Origin: Methanobacteriota archaeon
GTDB taxonomy: Archaea; Thermoplasmatota; Thermoplasmata; SG8-5; JACRNV01
NCBI GenBank assembly: GCA_016214785.1
Contig: JACRNV010000028.1
Span: forward strand, 67,445 to 131,444
DNA: 64,000 bases
Direction of reading: 5' to 3'
This document shows positions 19,305-29,800 of this stretch, piece after piece; position 1 is the stretch's first letter; the number at the start of each line of letters is the position of its first letter. The position numbers and the translations under genes are program-made. Under the pieces are notes generated by a model. That model saw nothing but the letters and a program-made list of their open reading frames with translations, had not been told where the DNA came from and made no database searches.

Positions 19305-19341
19305 AAAGGTATTAAAGAGATGAAGGCAATGAGATGACAGG

Positions 19342-21036
19342 ATGACAAGGAAGAGAAGCGCCGCGACATTGAAGGAGCGCATCCTGCTTCATCTCTCGGA
19401 AAACATGCGCTATGCGGAATCGGCGGAAATCCCCGAGCGCCTCGCGCAGCACGGCATCTCGCGCTCGCTCGACTCCCCCAGGAGCCACATCGCCATCGCC
19501 CTGGGCGGGCTCGTCGAATCGGGCCTCGTGGACTACAGGCTCGCGAGGGTGCGCGGCCAGAAGCGCAAGATGAAGGCCTACCTGCTCACGCCCGAGGGCG
19601 TCGCCGAGGCGAACGGCCTGCGCGAGCACTTCCTCTGCAAGCATGTCAGCACGGGCGAGCGGACCGCCACTGTCGCGGAGCTGGCCGAGAGGGAGCGCGG
19701 AGTCCCACTCGCAATCCTGCTCGGGTGCGTCGATCCAGACTTCAGGATGCACAGGGACTGGATGCCCGCGCAGCTTGCGGCGGCGGGCGAGGCGCCCGCC
19801 CCTCCGGTCGCCCAGGAGACACCACCCGCGCCCGCAGCAATCGAAGTCGTTGCGAAGCCAGCCCCTGTCAAAGCTGAGATCTCTCCGATTGGCGAGTCCG
19901 TCCAGGCAGCATCCGCCGGGATTCCGACAGCGTGCCCTCGCTGCGGCGACGCCGAGCCCCCCGTCCGGAACACATACTACGGTCCGGTCTTCAGGCTCGA
20001 TACGTTGGCGTGCGCGCGCTGCGGCTTCGAGTACGCCGTGTCGAAGGAGGAGTACAAAGCGCCAGCGATGCCGCAGATTTACGCACCCGGAGACTGGAAG
20101 TGGGTGGTCGGGATCCCCCTGTCGATAGGCGCTTTCCTGTTCTTCGCGCCCTTCTACCTCCTACTCTTCGAGTTCGGCGGGTTCAGCCTCTTCGGCGGCC
20201 TGCTGTGCGCCCTGATACCCCTCGGGATGCTCATCGGGGGCGGGTTCACGGTCCTGGCGTTCCTGAGGGCGCGGCATTTCCCCGGGCTGAGCGCCTGGTG
20301 CGCCCTCCTCTACGCATCCATAGGCCTGCCTTTCATCGCCCTGTTCTTCGGCATCTCCGGGCGCGAGATCGGGCGCGAGCACCTGCTGACTGCGGGCGCG
20401 GCCGTCGCGGCTTTTTTCATCGTTCTGCTCATGACGTGCAAGGACCGGCGGTTCTTCGGCCGCCTCCTGGCCTTCGCGTCGGGGGCGACGGTGTCGGCGG
20501 CCTGCGCCCTCGCCACGTTCGGGGGCGCGGCGGTGCGCATGCCCTCCGCCGTGGGGCTCCTGATGGTCTCGCTATCGATGTCATTCCTGGCCGCGGCCTT
20601 CTTCAGGGCGGGCATGGCCCGCGAGGACGCGAAGGAGCTGCTGCTCTTCATGCTCGGGACGGGGATAATCGCCTCCTCGATATCCCTGTGGCTTCGCGAT
20701 TCGGCCAGCGCAGCGTCGTTCGTCGCCATGGCCGCGTGGGCGGCCCTCGGCCTCCTCCTGTGCGCGACGTCTCTCTCGCGTACGCGGGCCAGGGTCTTGC
20801 GCGACGCGCTGTGGCGCGCCCTCCCCCTCGCCGTCGGGGCGATATTCGTCGGGGCCGGCGCAATCATGCTGTACTCGGGGCTCTACGCCGAGAGCGCCAT
20901 AGAGTTCCTGGTCGGCGTGCCTCTCTCGGCCTACGGGCTGAGGGAGAGCCTGCCGAACCTGATGCCGGTGAGCCTCGGCATCTCCGCCTACGCCCTCGTC
21001 CTGGAGTTCGTTACGTACGCCGCGATATTCTGGTAA
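19342..21036 (+). CDS. membrane-embedded transcriptional regulator: N-terminal winged-helix domain, zinc ribbon, 8-10 TM helices
   Basis: N-terminal 110 aa resemble a MarR/ArsR-type wHTH; P/A-rich linker; CPRCG...CARCG ribbon; C-terminal 330 aa polytopic hydrophobic. Confidence 0.6.
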   Translation: MTRKRSAATLKERILLHLSENMRYAESAEIPERLAQHGISRSLDSPRSHIAIALGGLVESGLVDYRLARVRGQKRKMKAYLLTPEGVAEANGLREHFLCKHVSTGERTATVAELAERERGVPLAILLGCVDPDFRMHRDWMPAQLAAAGEAPAPPVAQETPPAPAAIEVVAKPAPVKAEISPIGESVQAASAGIPTACPRCGDAEPPVRNTYYGPVFRLDTLACARCGFEYAVSKEEYKAPAMPQIYAPGDWKWVVGIPLSIGAFLFFAPFYLLLFEFGGFSLFGGLLCALIPLGMLIGGGFTVLAFLRARHFPGLSAWCALLYASIGLPFIALFFGISGREIGREHLLTAGAAVAAFFIVLLMTCKDRRFFGRLLAFASGATVSAACALATFGGAAVRMPSAVGLLMVSLSMSFLAAAFFRAGMAREDAKELLLFMLGTGIIASSISLWLRDSASAASFVAMAAWAALGLLLCATSLSRTRARVLRDALWRALPLAVGAIFVGAGAIMLYSGLYAESAIEFLVGVPLSAYGLRESLPNLMPVSLGISAYALVLEFVTYAAIFW

Positions 21037-21067
21037 TAGACGGGCGAACTGCTAATTTATCGAAGGG

Positions 21068-21565
21068 CTAGCCCGTCACATATGCGAAGGTGGCGATCGA
21101 TGGGGCCCCTGACGCCGTGATGTCCTTCCTCTGGAACACCACAATATCCCCCTGGACGATCTCCCCCGTCCAGGGGTGCGAAGCGTCGAGGCTCTGGAAT
21201 TCCGAGGCGTTGTAGGAACCCTTTTCCGGGAGCCACAGGTGGACGTTCGCCAGGTACCCCGCGCTCGCCCTCCTCGAACCGCACGTGATTTGCACCAATC
21301 CCATGCTGATGTTGAGGTGGACGGGCTTGCCGCCAATCTGCTCGGGCACGGCGTAGTTGCCACCTGCCCCGACCGTCAGGTTCGCTTTCGTCTCGCCTCC
21401 CAGCGACGAGAACGAGTCTATCCAGTTCGCCAGCGAGTCGGCGGCCTGCTCGGCCTCCCGGTCGAGCGCGGCCTCGCGCTGCACGTAGAAGAACCCGGAT
21501 ATGGACGAGACGATGACCAGCACTGCAATGCTTATGGCGACTTTGGACGCGAGCCAGTCGATCAC
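21068..21565 (-). CDS. hypothetical exported protein (N-terminal TM/signal anchor)
   Basis: 165 aa; hydrophobic N-terminus VAISIAVLVIVSSISGFFYV; sequons; no family assignment. Confidence 0.4.
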   Translation of the reverse strand: MIDWLASKVAISIAVLVIVSSISGFFYVQREAALDREAEQAADSLANWIDSFSSLGGETKANLTVGAGGNYAVPEQIGGKPVHLNISMGLVQITCGSRRASAGYLANVHLWLPEKGSYNASEFQSLDASHPWTGEIVQGDIVVFQRKDITASGAPSIATFAYVTG

Positions 21566-22026
21566 TGCCTCTTCACCTCGAGGAGCCGCTCCTCGGGCAT
21601 GTTCAAAATCTCCATAGCCAGGGAGCGCTCGGTCGCCCTGGACATCGTCTGCGCGATGTGGTCTGCGACCTCATTCCTCAGCGCCACCCAGACCGCGCCA
21701 CTCTCGGACGTGAACTCGGCCTCGGGCTTCTTGGCGTTGATGACCCAGATGTTCCCCTTGCCGAGCGTGCAGGATGTGGAAACTTGTACTCCGTCGACGA
21801 TGCAGGATATCGGGGGCGCCGGACCTGCGAAGACGCGCGCCCTCAGCTTCCCCGCGCCGAGCGCCGTGCGCGCGGCCTGGCCCATGCGCCAGCCGACAGC
21901 CGCGAACGGGCCGAGGTGGCCGTGGAACTCCTCGAGCTTCCTCGCGATGTCATCGGGGGTCATGAACCCGAGAAAGTGGAGGAAAGATAAAACCGTTGGC
22001 ATTCGGTAATGGAGCGTCCCGAGCAT
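21562..22026 (-). CDS. FmdE (formylmethanofuran dehydrogenase subunit E)-like domain protein
   Basis: FHGHLGPFAAVGWRMG matches the FmdE-family FHGHxCPG-type motif; start may be the internal ATG at 21963. Confidence 0.65.
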   Translation of the reverse strand: MLGTLHYRMPTVLSFLHFLGFMTPDDIARKLEEFHGHLGPFAAVGWRMGQAARTALGAGKLRARVFAGPAPPISCIVDGVQVSTSCTLGKGNIWVINAKKPEAEFTSESGAVWVALRNEVADHIAQTMSRATERSLAMEILNMPEERLLEVKRQ

Positions 22027-22111
22027 GCCGTTGCTGACAATCCCCCCGGTGATTTTCTGGCGTCGCGCTAATTGCCGCCGGCATTTTCCATGATAGTTCT
22101 CTCCCGCTCAG

Positions 22112-22909
22112 TTACCTTATTGCAGTCTCTTTGGAGCGTGCGTCCCATTCCGCGGCCGCCAGTTTCACTTCCCTTAGCAATCCGTCGAACTTCGGAACCC
22201 TGGTCATCAACGGCGACAGGTCGCGCTTCCAGACCGCCTCGCCCACGGGGTAATCCTCGACTATTCCGGCCAGGGAACCGGCATCGGCGGCTCCGACCTC
22301 TGCCAGCTTCTTGTTGACGGCGGCGAGGTCGGTGGACGCCCCCTTCTTCGCGAGCCACCATATGTCGTAGAGGTCGCGCGGCTTCTTCCTCTGCCTGACC
22401 GCCCTGAACTTCTCGGCCAGCATCTCGGACAGGCTGACGCTCTGGAGCGAGAAGGTCCCCGCGTCCGGGTAGTCCGTGACGACCGTCAGCCATTCCAGCG
22501 GGGCGGCGGGCCGGAGCTTCGATATCTCCACGTCCATCGTGCCGCGGGAAGCCCGCTCGCCGGTGAACAGCGGCCCCTCGTAGGACAGCCGGCACATGTA
22601 CGCGAAGGGGCGCTCCTTCCATTCCACGACCTCTGCCGGAATGCCCGTGCGCTCCAGCCCGGAGACGGCCTGTTCCACGGCCCCCCGCACGTCCCCGGCA
22701 GTCGCCTTCCCGACGGCCGCGAAGTCCAGGTCCTCGGAGTATCTATTGAGGCCGTGCGCCTTCCTGAGGCATGTGCCGCCCTTGAAGGCCAGCAGGTCCG
22801 TCCTCGCGAATATCCACTTCAGCGCCAGGCTCTCGATGTAATCGAGCTCGAGTACGTGGAGAGGGAGCCCCTCGCCGTGAATGTCCCTCAGCTGCCTCCT
22901 CGTTATCAT
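22112..22909 (-). CDS. AbiEii/AbiGii-family nucleotidyltransferase toxin (type IV TA system)
   Basis: LAFKGGTCL...SEDLDF nucleotidyltransferase core typical of DUF1814/AbiEii; ATG overlaps the stop of the upstream AbiEi gene (ATGA). Confidence 0.75.
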   Translation of the reverse strand: MITRRQLRDIHGEGLPLHVLELDYIESLALKWIFARTDLLAFKGGTCLRKAHGLNRYSEDLDFAAVGKATAGDVRGAVEQAVSGLERTGIPAEVVEWKERPFAYMCRLSYEGPLFTGERASRGTMDVEISKLRPAAPLEWLTVVTDYPDAGTFSLQSVSLSEMLAEKFRAVRQRKKPRDLYDIWWLAKKGASTDLAAVNKKLAEVGAADAGSLAGIVEDYPVGEAVWKRDLSPLMTRVPKFDGLLREVKLAAAEWDARSKETAIR

Positions 22910-23652
22910 TCTCTCACCACGTTCGCGTAGACCTTCCACTTCCTCACGGTCTCGAAACTCTCAGATGGGGCCGACGGGTCGAGCCAGACGTAGCTGCGCG
23001 AGGCGTGCCTCTGCAGCCTCCGCTCGTCGAAGCTTATGCCCGCGTCGTCCAAGAGATGGCCCAGCCTGCTGCAGACCGTCGGGCTGCCGGCTCGCAGGGC
23101 GTAATCGACCAGCTTTCCCGCGCCCAGCTCCGCCTTCTCGACCGCGTCCCTTAGCTCGCCGTAGCCGCCCGAGTACGATGGGAAGGCGAGGCAATCCAGC
23201 ACCAGCTTCTCCGGCTCGGCCACCACCACGCGCCCGTCCGCCCTGTACCCGAAGAACATCCGCGGCCTAACACGGACGTACCTGACCCTCCGGTCCTGGA
23301 GATCGAGCCCTCTCCGCGCCCTCGCCGTCACCAGGTAGACCTCCGCCGGGACCTGGGTGGTGTAGCCGTAGTGGTGCAGGCCGGACCATAGGCTGAGGTA
23401 CGACGGCTCGTGCACGCGCGGCGCGAGCTCGTAGACGTCCATCTCCGAATAGAACCGCGCGATGACGTACTTGCCGCGCTCAATCCGCTTGATGGCACCC
23501 TTCGACGCCAACCTGCTGAGCGCCTTGCGAGCGACGAGCCGCTCCACGCGCAGGACCTTCGAAGCCTCGAGGAGGCCGAAGACGGCTATGCCCCGGCGCC
23601 CCATCTCCTCGACCAGCTCCGTCTCCCGCGCCGACATCGATGGATAATTCAT
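22906..23652 (-). CDS. AbiEi-like antitoxin/transcriptional regulator (type IV TA system)
   Basis: N-terminal wHTH region plus C-terminal AbiEi_4-like domain; genetic linkage and 4-nt overlap with the AbiEii gene. Confidence 0.7.
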   Translation of the reverse strand: MNYPSMSARETELVEEMGRRGIAVFGLLEASKVLRVERLVARKALSRLASKGAIKRIERGKYVIARFYSEMDVYELAPRVHEPSYLSLWSGLHHYGYTTQVPAEVYLVTARARRGLDLQDRRVRYVRVRPRMFFGYRADGRVVVAEPEKLVLDCLAFPSYSGGYGELRDAVEKAELGAGKLVDYALRAGSPTVCSRLGHLLDDAGISFDERRLQRHASRSYVWLDPSAPSESFETVRKWKVYANVVRE

Positions 23653-23901
23653 GCGCTCATCATCCCATTATTTGGCACTATAAGCACTAGAATTATTTAA
23701 AGGTTGCGTTGCGGGCGCCCTGCCGCCCCGAACGGGCCGAGGAGGCAATGGACGTTCTCGAGTTTCTTGGCGATGTCATCGGGCGTCATAGGGGCTGAAA
23801 ATGTGTTTGATGTAACATAGATAACACTCTGATTTGGTTTACGCGGCCTTTATTCCATCCCAAACGGTTTTATCCCCTTTCCCCATTGCGGTGTAAATCT
23901 G

Positions 23902-26421
23902 GTGAGCGCTATGGACAAGTCCGCGAAGTTCACGCTGTGGTTCAGCGAGATAGGCATCCAGGACGTCGGAATGGTCGGCGGCAAGAACGCCTCCTTAGGT
24001 GAGATGTACTCGCGCCTTAAAGACAAGGGCGTTTCCGTTCCCAACGGCTTCGCCATCACCGCGCACGCCTACAGGCACTTCCTGAAGGCCGCTGGCATCG
24101 AGCAGAAGGTCCAGGACGCGCTCTCCGGGCTGAACACCCACGACATGCAGAACCTCCAGGAGCGCGGCGAGAAGGTCCGCGCGGTTATCAAGGGCGCCGA
24201 GCTGCCCGAGGACCTGAAGGCCGCAATCATCGAGGCATACGGCAAGCTCTGCGGCAGGAAGAAGGAGATAGACGTCGCCGTGCGCTCGTCCGCAACCGCC
24301 GAGGATTTGCCGGACGCTTCGTTCGCCGGCCAGCAGGAGACGTATCTCAACGTCAGGGGCGCGGACGCGCTCCTGCTCGCGTGCAAGAAGTGCTTCGCCA
24401 GCCTGTTCACGGACCGCGCAATCTCCTACCGCCAGGACAAGAACTTCGGCCACTTCAACGTCTATCTCTCCATAGTCGTGCAGAAGATGGTGCGCTCGGA
24501 CAAGGCGTCGTCCGGCATCATATTCACCCTCGACACCGAGTCGGGGTTCAAGAACCTCGTCGTCGTCAACTCCTCCTGGGGCCTGGGCGAGAACGTCGTC
24601 GGCGGGAAGGTCGTCCCCGATGAATTCCAGGTCTTCAAGCCCGTGCTCGCGCACGGCAAGAGGCCCATAGTCGGGCGCAGGATGGGCTCGAAGGACACGA
24701 AGATTATCTACAGCAACGACCCGCAGCACCCGATTAAGAGCGTTCCCACGTCCCCGAAGGACAAGGCAAAGTGGTCGATAACGGACGAGGAGGCGCTGAA
24801 GCTCGCAGACTGGGCAGTCATCATCGAGGACCATTACACGCACGAGGCAAAGGCCCTCGCACAGAAGGAAGGCAAGACGCTCCCGCACGACTACGTCAAG
24901 CACATGGATATCGAGTGGGCCAAGGACGGCAAGAGCGGCGAGCTGTACATCGTGCAGGCGCGCCCCGAGACGGTCATGAGCATCAAGCAGAGGCGCAAGA
25001 CCGAGAACGGAAAGGAGTACTTCCTCGTCGAGAGCTACGAGTACAGGGTTCCGGTCCCGGAGATACACGCCAAGTTCCAGAAGCTGTGCGAGGGCATCGC
25101 CGTCGGCAGGAAGATATCGAGCGCCGCAGCCAACGTCATCGAGAGCCCCAAGGACATCGGCAAGTTCCGGAAAGGGGAGATACTGGTCACGCGCATGACC
25201 GACCCGGACTGGGAGCCGATGATGAAGATAGCCGGCGGCATCATCACCGAGCAGGGCGGCAGGACGTGCCACACGGCCATCATCTCCAGGGAGCTGGGCA
25301 TACCGTGCATCGTCGGCACGCAGGTCGCGACCTCGAAGGTCAGGACCGGCCAGAGGATCACCCTCTCCTGCGGCGAGGGGGAGAGGGGCATGGTCTACGA
25401 CGGCGAGGTGCCCTACGACTCCAAGAAGGACTGGATAGAGGTCCCACGGACGAGGACGAAGATCATGATGAACGCCGGGATACCCGAGACGGCCTTCTTT
25501 CAGGGGACTCTGCCCAACGACGGCGTGGGGCTGGCCCGCGAGGAGTTCATCATCGCGTCGCACATAGGCATGCATCCTATGTTCCTCCTCGACTTCGAGA
25601 AGCATAAGGCCTCCCAGGACAAGAAAATCAGGAAGATAGTAAAGGAGGTCGAGAAGAACACGAAGGGCTGGGACAGCAAGGTCGATTACTTCGTGGAGAC
25701 GCTGGCCATGGGCATAGCCAAGATAGGCGCGGCCTTCTGGCCCAACGACGTCATCGTGCGCATGTCCGATTTCAAGACGAACGAGTACGCCAACCTGCTC
25801 GGCGGGGACATGTACGAGCCGCACGAGCACAACCCGATGATTGGCTGGCGCGGCGCGTCCCGCTACTACGACCCCAAGTTCCGCCCGGCGTTCGCGCTCG
25901 AGTGCAAGGCTCTCAAGAGGGTGCGCGACGACATGGGCATAACCAACGTCAAGGCGATGATACCCTTCTGCCGCACTCCGGACGAGGGGCGCAAGGTCGT
26001 CAAGGCCATGGAGGAGGAGGGGCTGAAGCGCGGAGTGAACGGCTTCGAGATATACGTCATGGCCGAGATACCGTCCAACTGCGTCGACGCAGAGACATTC
26101 GCCGACATCTTCGACGGCTTCAGCATAGGCTCCAACGACCTCACGCAACTCTCCCTCGGCCTGGACCGCGACTCGGAGCTGGTGGCGCACATCTACAACG
26201 AGCGCGAGAGCACGGTCAAGAGGCTCATCAAGCAGCTCATCGACGTCGGCAAGGCCAAGCACAAGAAGGTCGGCATCTGCGGCCAGGCGCCCTCGGACTT
26301 CCCGGAGTTCGCCGAGTTCCTGGTCCAGTGCGGCATAGACAGCATGAGCCTCAACCCAGACACGGTGGTCAAGACGCGGCTCCTCGTGGCCGAGAAGGAA
26401 AGGTCCCTTGGCGTCCACTGA
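23902..26421 (+). CDS. ppsA: phosphoenolpyruvate synthase (pyruvate, water dikinase)
   Basis: 839 aa; N-terminal ATP-grasp, central phospho-histidine domain (GGRTCHTAIISRELGIPCIVG), C-terminal PEP-utilising domain. Confidence 0.9.
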   Translation: MSAMDKSAKFTLWFSEIGIQDVGMVGGKNASLGEMYSRLKDKGVSVPNGFAITAHAYRHFLKAAGIEQKVQDALSGLNTHDMQNLQERGEKVRAVIKGAELPEDLKAAIIEAYGKLCGRKKEIDVAVRSSATAEDLPDASFAGQQETYLNVRGADALLLACKKCFASLFTDRAISYRQDKNFGHFNVYLSIVVQKMVRSDKASSGIIFTLDTESGFKNLVVVNSSWGLGENVVGGKVVPDEFQVFKPVLAHGKRPIVGRRMGSKDTKIIYSNDPQHPIKSVPTSPKDKAKWSITDEEALKLADWAVIIEDHYTHEAKALAQKEGKTLPHDYVKHMDIEWAKDGKSGELYIVQARPETVMSIKQRRKTENGKEYFLVESYEYRVPVPEIHAKFQKLCEGIAVGRKISSAAANVIESPKDIGKFRKGEILVTRMTDPDWEPMMKIAGGIITEQGGRTCHTAIISRELGIPCIVGTQVATSKVRTGQRITLSCGEGERGMVYDGEVPYDSKKDWIEVPRTRTKIMMNAGIPETAFFQGTLPNDGVGLAREEFIIASHIGMHPMFLLDFEKHKASQDKKIRKIVKEVEKNTKGWDSKVDYFVETLAMGIAKIGAAFWPNDVIVRMSDFKTNEYANLLGGDMYEPHEHNPMIGWRGASRYYDPKFRPAFALECKALKRVRDDMGITNVKAMIPFCRTPDEGRKVVKAMEEEGLKRGVNGFEIYVMAEIPSNCVDAETFADIFDGFSIGSNDLTQLSLGLDRDSELVAHIYNERESTVKRLIKQLIDVGKAKHKKVGICGQAPSDFPEFAEFLVQCGIDSMSLNPDTVVKTRLLVAEKERSLGVH

Positions 26422-26794
26422 CCGCGAAGAAGGTATGGGCTCCAACTCCAATACTCTACGTCAAGCGGACGGCTTCGTCCTCCTCATCACGACAACGAGC
26501 AGCAGGCGCGAGGCCGACCTCATCGCCGACGGGCTTGTGGGGGGCGGCCTTGCCGCCTGCGTCAACGTCGTGCAGGTGGATTCCACATACAAGTGGAAGG
26601 GGCAGGTCGAGCGCGCGGGGGAGTTCATGCTTTTCTGCAAGACGCGCGCCGACCTCACCGACCGGGCAGCAGAGAAAATCAGAGGCATCCATTCGTACGA
26701 GGTGCCGGAAATCATCGTCATCCCCATCCAGAAGGGGAGCGCGCCCTACCTGGAATGGCTGGGCGAAACGCTGGCCAAAACGAAATTAGCTTAG
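26408..26794 (+). CDS. cutA: divalent-cation tolerance protein CutA
   Basis: CutA1 pattern (FVLLITTTSSRREADLIADGLV...HSYEVPEIIVIPI); true start may be the ATG at 26435. Confidence 0.7.
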   Translation: MASTDREEGMGSNSNTLRQADGFVLLITTTSSRREADLIADGLVGGGLAACVNVVQVDSTYKWKGQVERAGEFMLFCKTRADLTDRAAEKIRGIHSYEVPEIIVIPIQKGSAPYLEWLGETLAKTKLA

Positions 26795-26869
26795 AAGGCC
26801 TAGTAAAGGCATCTTCATTAGTATTATATATATCATTGCTTATCTTTCGTTTAACAGGGAAGTGTAATC

Positions 26870-29800
26870 ATGGCATATGATTCGCTAAGCAGGACAGGCA
26901 AGGGGAACGCGCGCGCGTCGAGCATCCTCGTCGCGGTCGTCATGGGCGCACTGATGCTCGTGCCGACGGGGCTCGCATGGGGCGGGAAGAATGTCGCGGA
27001 GCCCGCGCCGCTGTCGCAGCCGGTCGGGCCGGCGACGGAGGGTGTGCCGTCGGATGGCCCGGGAGTGCAGACGGTGGTCATACAGCCGAACGCGACGGAC
27101 GGGAAGGACTCAGAGATTGTAGATGATGGGCAATCGTACAACAATTATGGAAACCAAGATGTTTTACAGGTCGGTACGACCGTAGCCTTAAATGCAGTCG
27201 ATTTTATCCGATTCAGCCTACCTACTCAACCCATTCGACTGCTAAGCGCCACCTTAAGCTTATTTTGTGATAACGTCAATAGCCCACCATATGGCGTTAA
27301 TGTCTCACTTAATATGGTGAACAGTTCTTGGACGGAGGGAACCGGAACATTCGCGACTCCCTCAGTTGACGATGTGAATTGGATAAATTACACGACGGGA
27401 ACGGCGTGGGCAACCCCCGGGGGAGATTACAATAGGACCGTGGTCTCATACATCAATGTATCGCAGGCGAACACTTGGTATCATTGGAACATCACACAAA
27501 TTGTCAGCCTATGGATGGCCGGCACTGTCCCGAACAATGGATTGGCAATCAATGGCACTCCGCTTGGCACAGCAAATAATTGGGTGGAGTTCTGGAGCAG
27601 CGATTACATCGTAAACACCAATCTCACCCCCAAGCTCACAGTGATTTACAGTGCTGAAATCAAGACGCCACTCGCCGACCAGACGATGCAGGAGGACGAG
27701 GCCACGAGGAACATCGCACTCAACGGGATGGGGAACGGGACAATAGAGCACGTCTCCGGGCCCGACGACATCTCGAACGTCCAGCCTTTCTGGGGCTCAG
27801 CCTGCGCTTGGATGCATTTCATGGCCGTCTATACTGCAGATCAGGTCGGCGCTGAAGGCACCATCAGGAGGATGTCTCTCAACAGGACACAGTTGTCGGA
27901 CACGGGAGTATTCAATAACTTCAGAATCGCATTTACACACACGAACAGGACGATCCTCGATGCCACGTCATTCGCAACCAATTACTATGGGAAGTTGATT
28001 CAGGTCTACAACGTAACAAACCTGGATGCGAACTCGTCTAATTTGGACAGTTGGATAAATTTCGACTTGAGTGACAACTTCACTTATGACTCAACGCAGA
28101 ACCTTCTCGTTGACATTATTTGGATTGGGGACAATGGTGGCAATCTCAACCTAGACAGCACGAACATGGGCTCTGATAGGATTGTATGGGAATCGGATAT
28201 ACAACCAATAACCGGGACACCCCGCACACTGATGACGAAGTTCTTGATCGACGTCGTGGACAACAGTGCTATATCGAATGGCACGAGCAACAATTTCTGG
28301 CCGTTTGCTATGACGTCCGAGACACAGATGCACCACCAGTCGCTGTACAATTTCACACTCATGAACGGTTCTGGTGTAATTGATAAAATTATGTTCCAGT
28401 CGAACAACGCGGCGGTTCAGAATGCAGCTGTCCAGCAGCTCAGCATCCGCCTCGCTCACTCCACGAACACCTCGCTGGGCACTGTCTACGAGGCGAACCG
28501 CGTTGACGCATGGGTTGAGGTATTAAACAGGTCCTTCTATAATTTCACTACTGGAGGACTGGGCGCCTGGATACCGTTCGACGTCGCCAACACGTTCACA
28601 TACAATGGAGTCCAGAACCTCCTTGTCGACATCAGATGGTTCGGGGGCTCGGGAAACGATATTGACCTTTGCCAGAACCAAAGCGCCGTCTATACCGGTC
28701 AGATGTCGCAGAATAACTACGATGCCACTGTTGGATTACTCGGTAACAACCGAGTGTATAACTTCCAGGTGATATATGCCGACTCCGCCAACCTCTCCTG
28801 GTCCTCCGCAAGCTCCAACCCTGCTCTGTTCACCACCGGCACGAACGGCGCGAACGGCAGGAACTTATGGATAACGCCGACCGCCAACGCCAACGGCGTC
28901 GGCACGCTGACGCTCACGCTGACGAACAGCAACGGGTTCAGCGTGACGCAGAACGTGCAGGTGACGATAAACGCCGTGAACGACGCGCCAGTTCTGACCG
29001 GCGTGCCAGCGACGATTCCATGCGTCGAGGATATCGACTACGTGCTCAACATGAGCGCATACGCAACTGACATTGACGATGTTTTGGCGAACCTGACATT
29101 CTTAACGAATTCGAGCCACGCGACCGTGAACCATACGCTGATAACGTTCAACTATGGGGAAGGTCAGAACGGCGAATCTGTCCTGATAACCGTGAGAGAC
29201 CAGAACGGCCTGACAGATACAGCGGTGACGGTGACGACGGTCACTTACGTGAACGACCAGCCGTACTTCACGAGCGTGGTGGCGAATCTGACGTGCGATG
29301 CGACCGTGCTGACGCAGTACATCGTGACCACAGGCGACGAGGAGACTCCGCTGAACGTCTCGATAACCACCTCATCGCCCTACGCGACCGTCGACAACCA
29401 CCTCGTCTGGTTCCTCTACCCGAAGGGAGTGGGCGCCGAGAACGTGAACATCACGATATGGGACATCACGACCTACGGGGTTATGCGGAGCGCGTCGAGC
29501 ACACTGCTCGTGACAGTCATCGACCATCCGGATGTGACAGCGAGCTCGCCGACAGGCTCAGGGGTCTCTGTAACGACAGCCCTGACCGCGACCTTCGACG
29601 TCGCCATGGACACGGCGGTGACGGGGGGCGCGTTCAAGCTATCGCTCGGGGGCGCCAACGTGCCCGGGAACGTGACGTGGAGCGCGGACAACAAGACGCT
29701 GACGTTCGCGCCGTCCACGCACCTCACGAACGGGGAATATAACGCCTCAATCGGAACCGGCGCGAAGGACGCGAACGGAACCGCGATGCTGCAGCCGTTC

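Noticed and set aside
22068-22622. 184-aa ORF overlapping the AbiEii gene in another frame
   Set aside because: No motifs, Arg/Gly-rich. The AbiEii frame has the conserved NTase core and proper coupling to AbiEi.
23995-26451. 818-aa minus-strand ORF covering ppsA
   Set aside because: Antisense to PEP synthase, whose sense translation has all three canonical domains. High-GC third positions suppress stop codons on the opposite strand.
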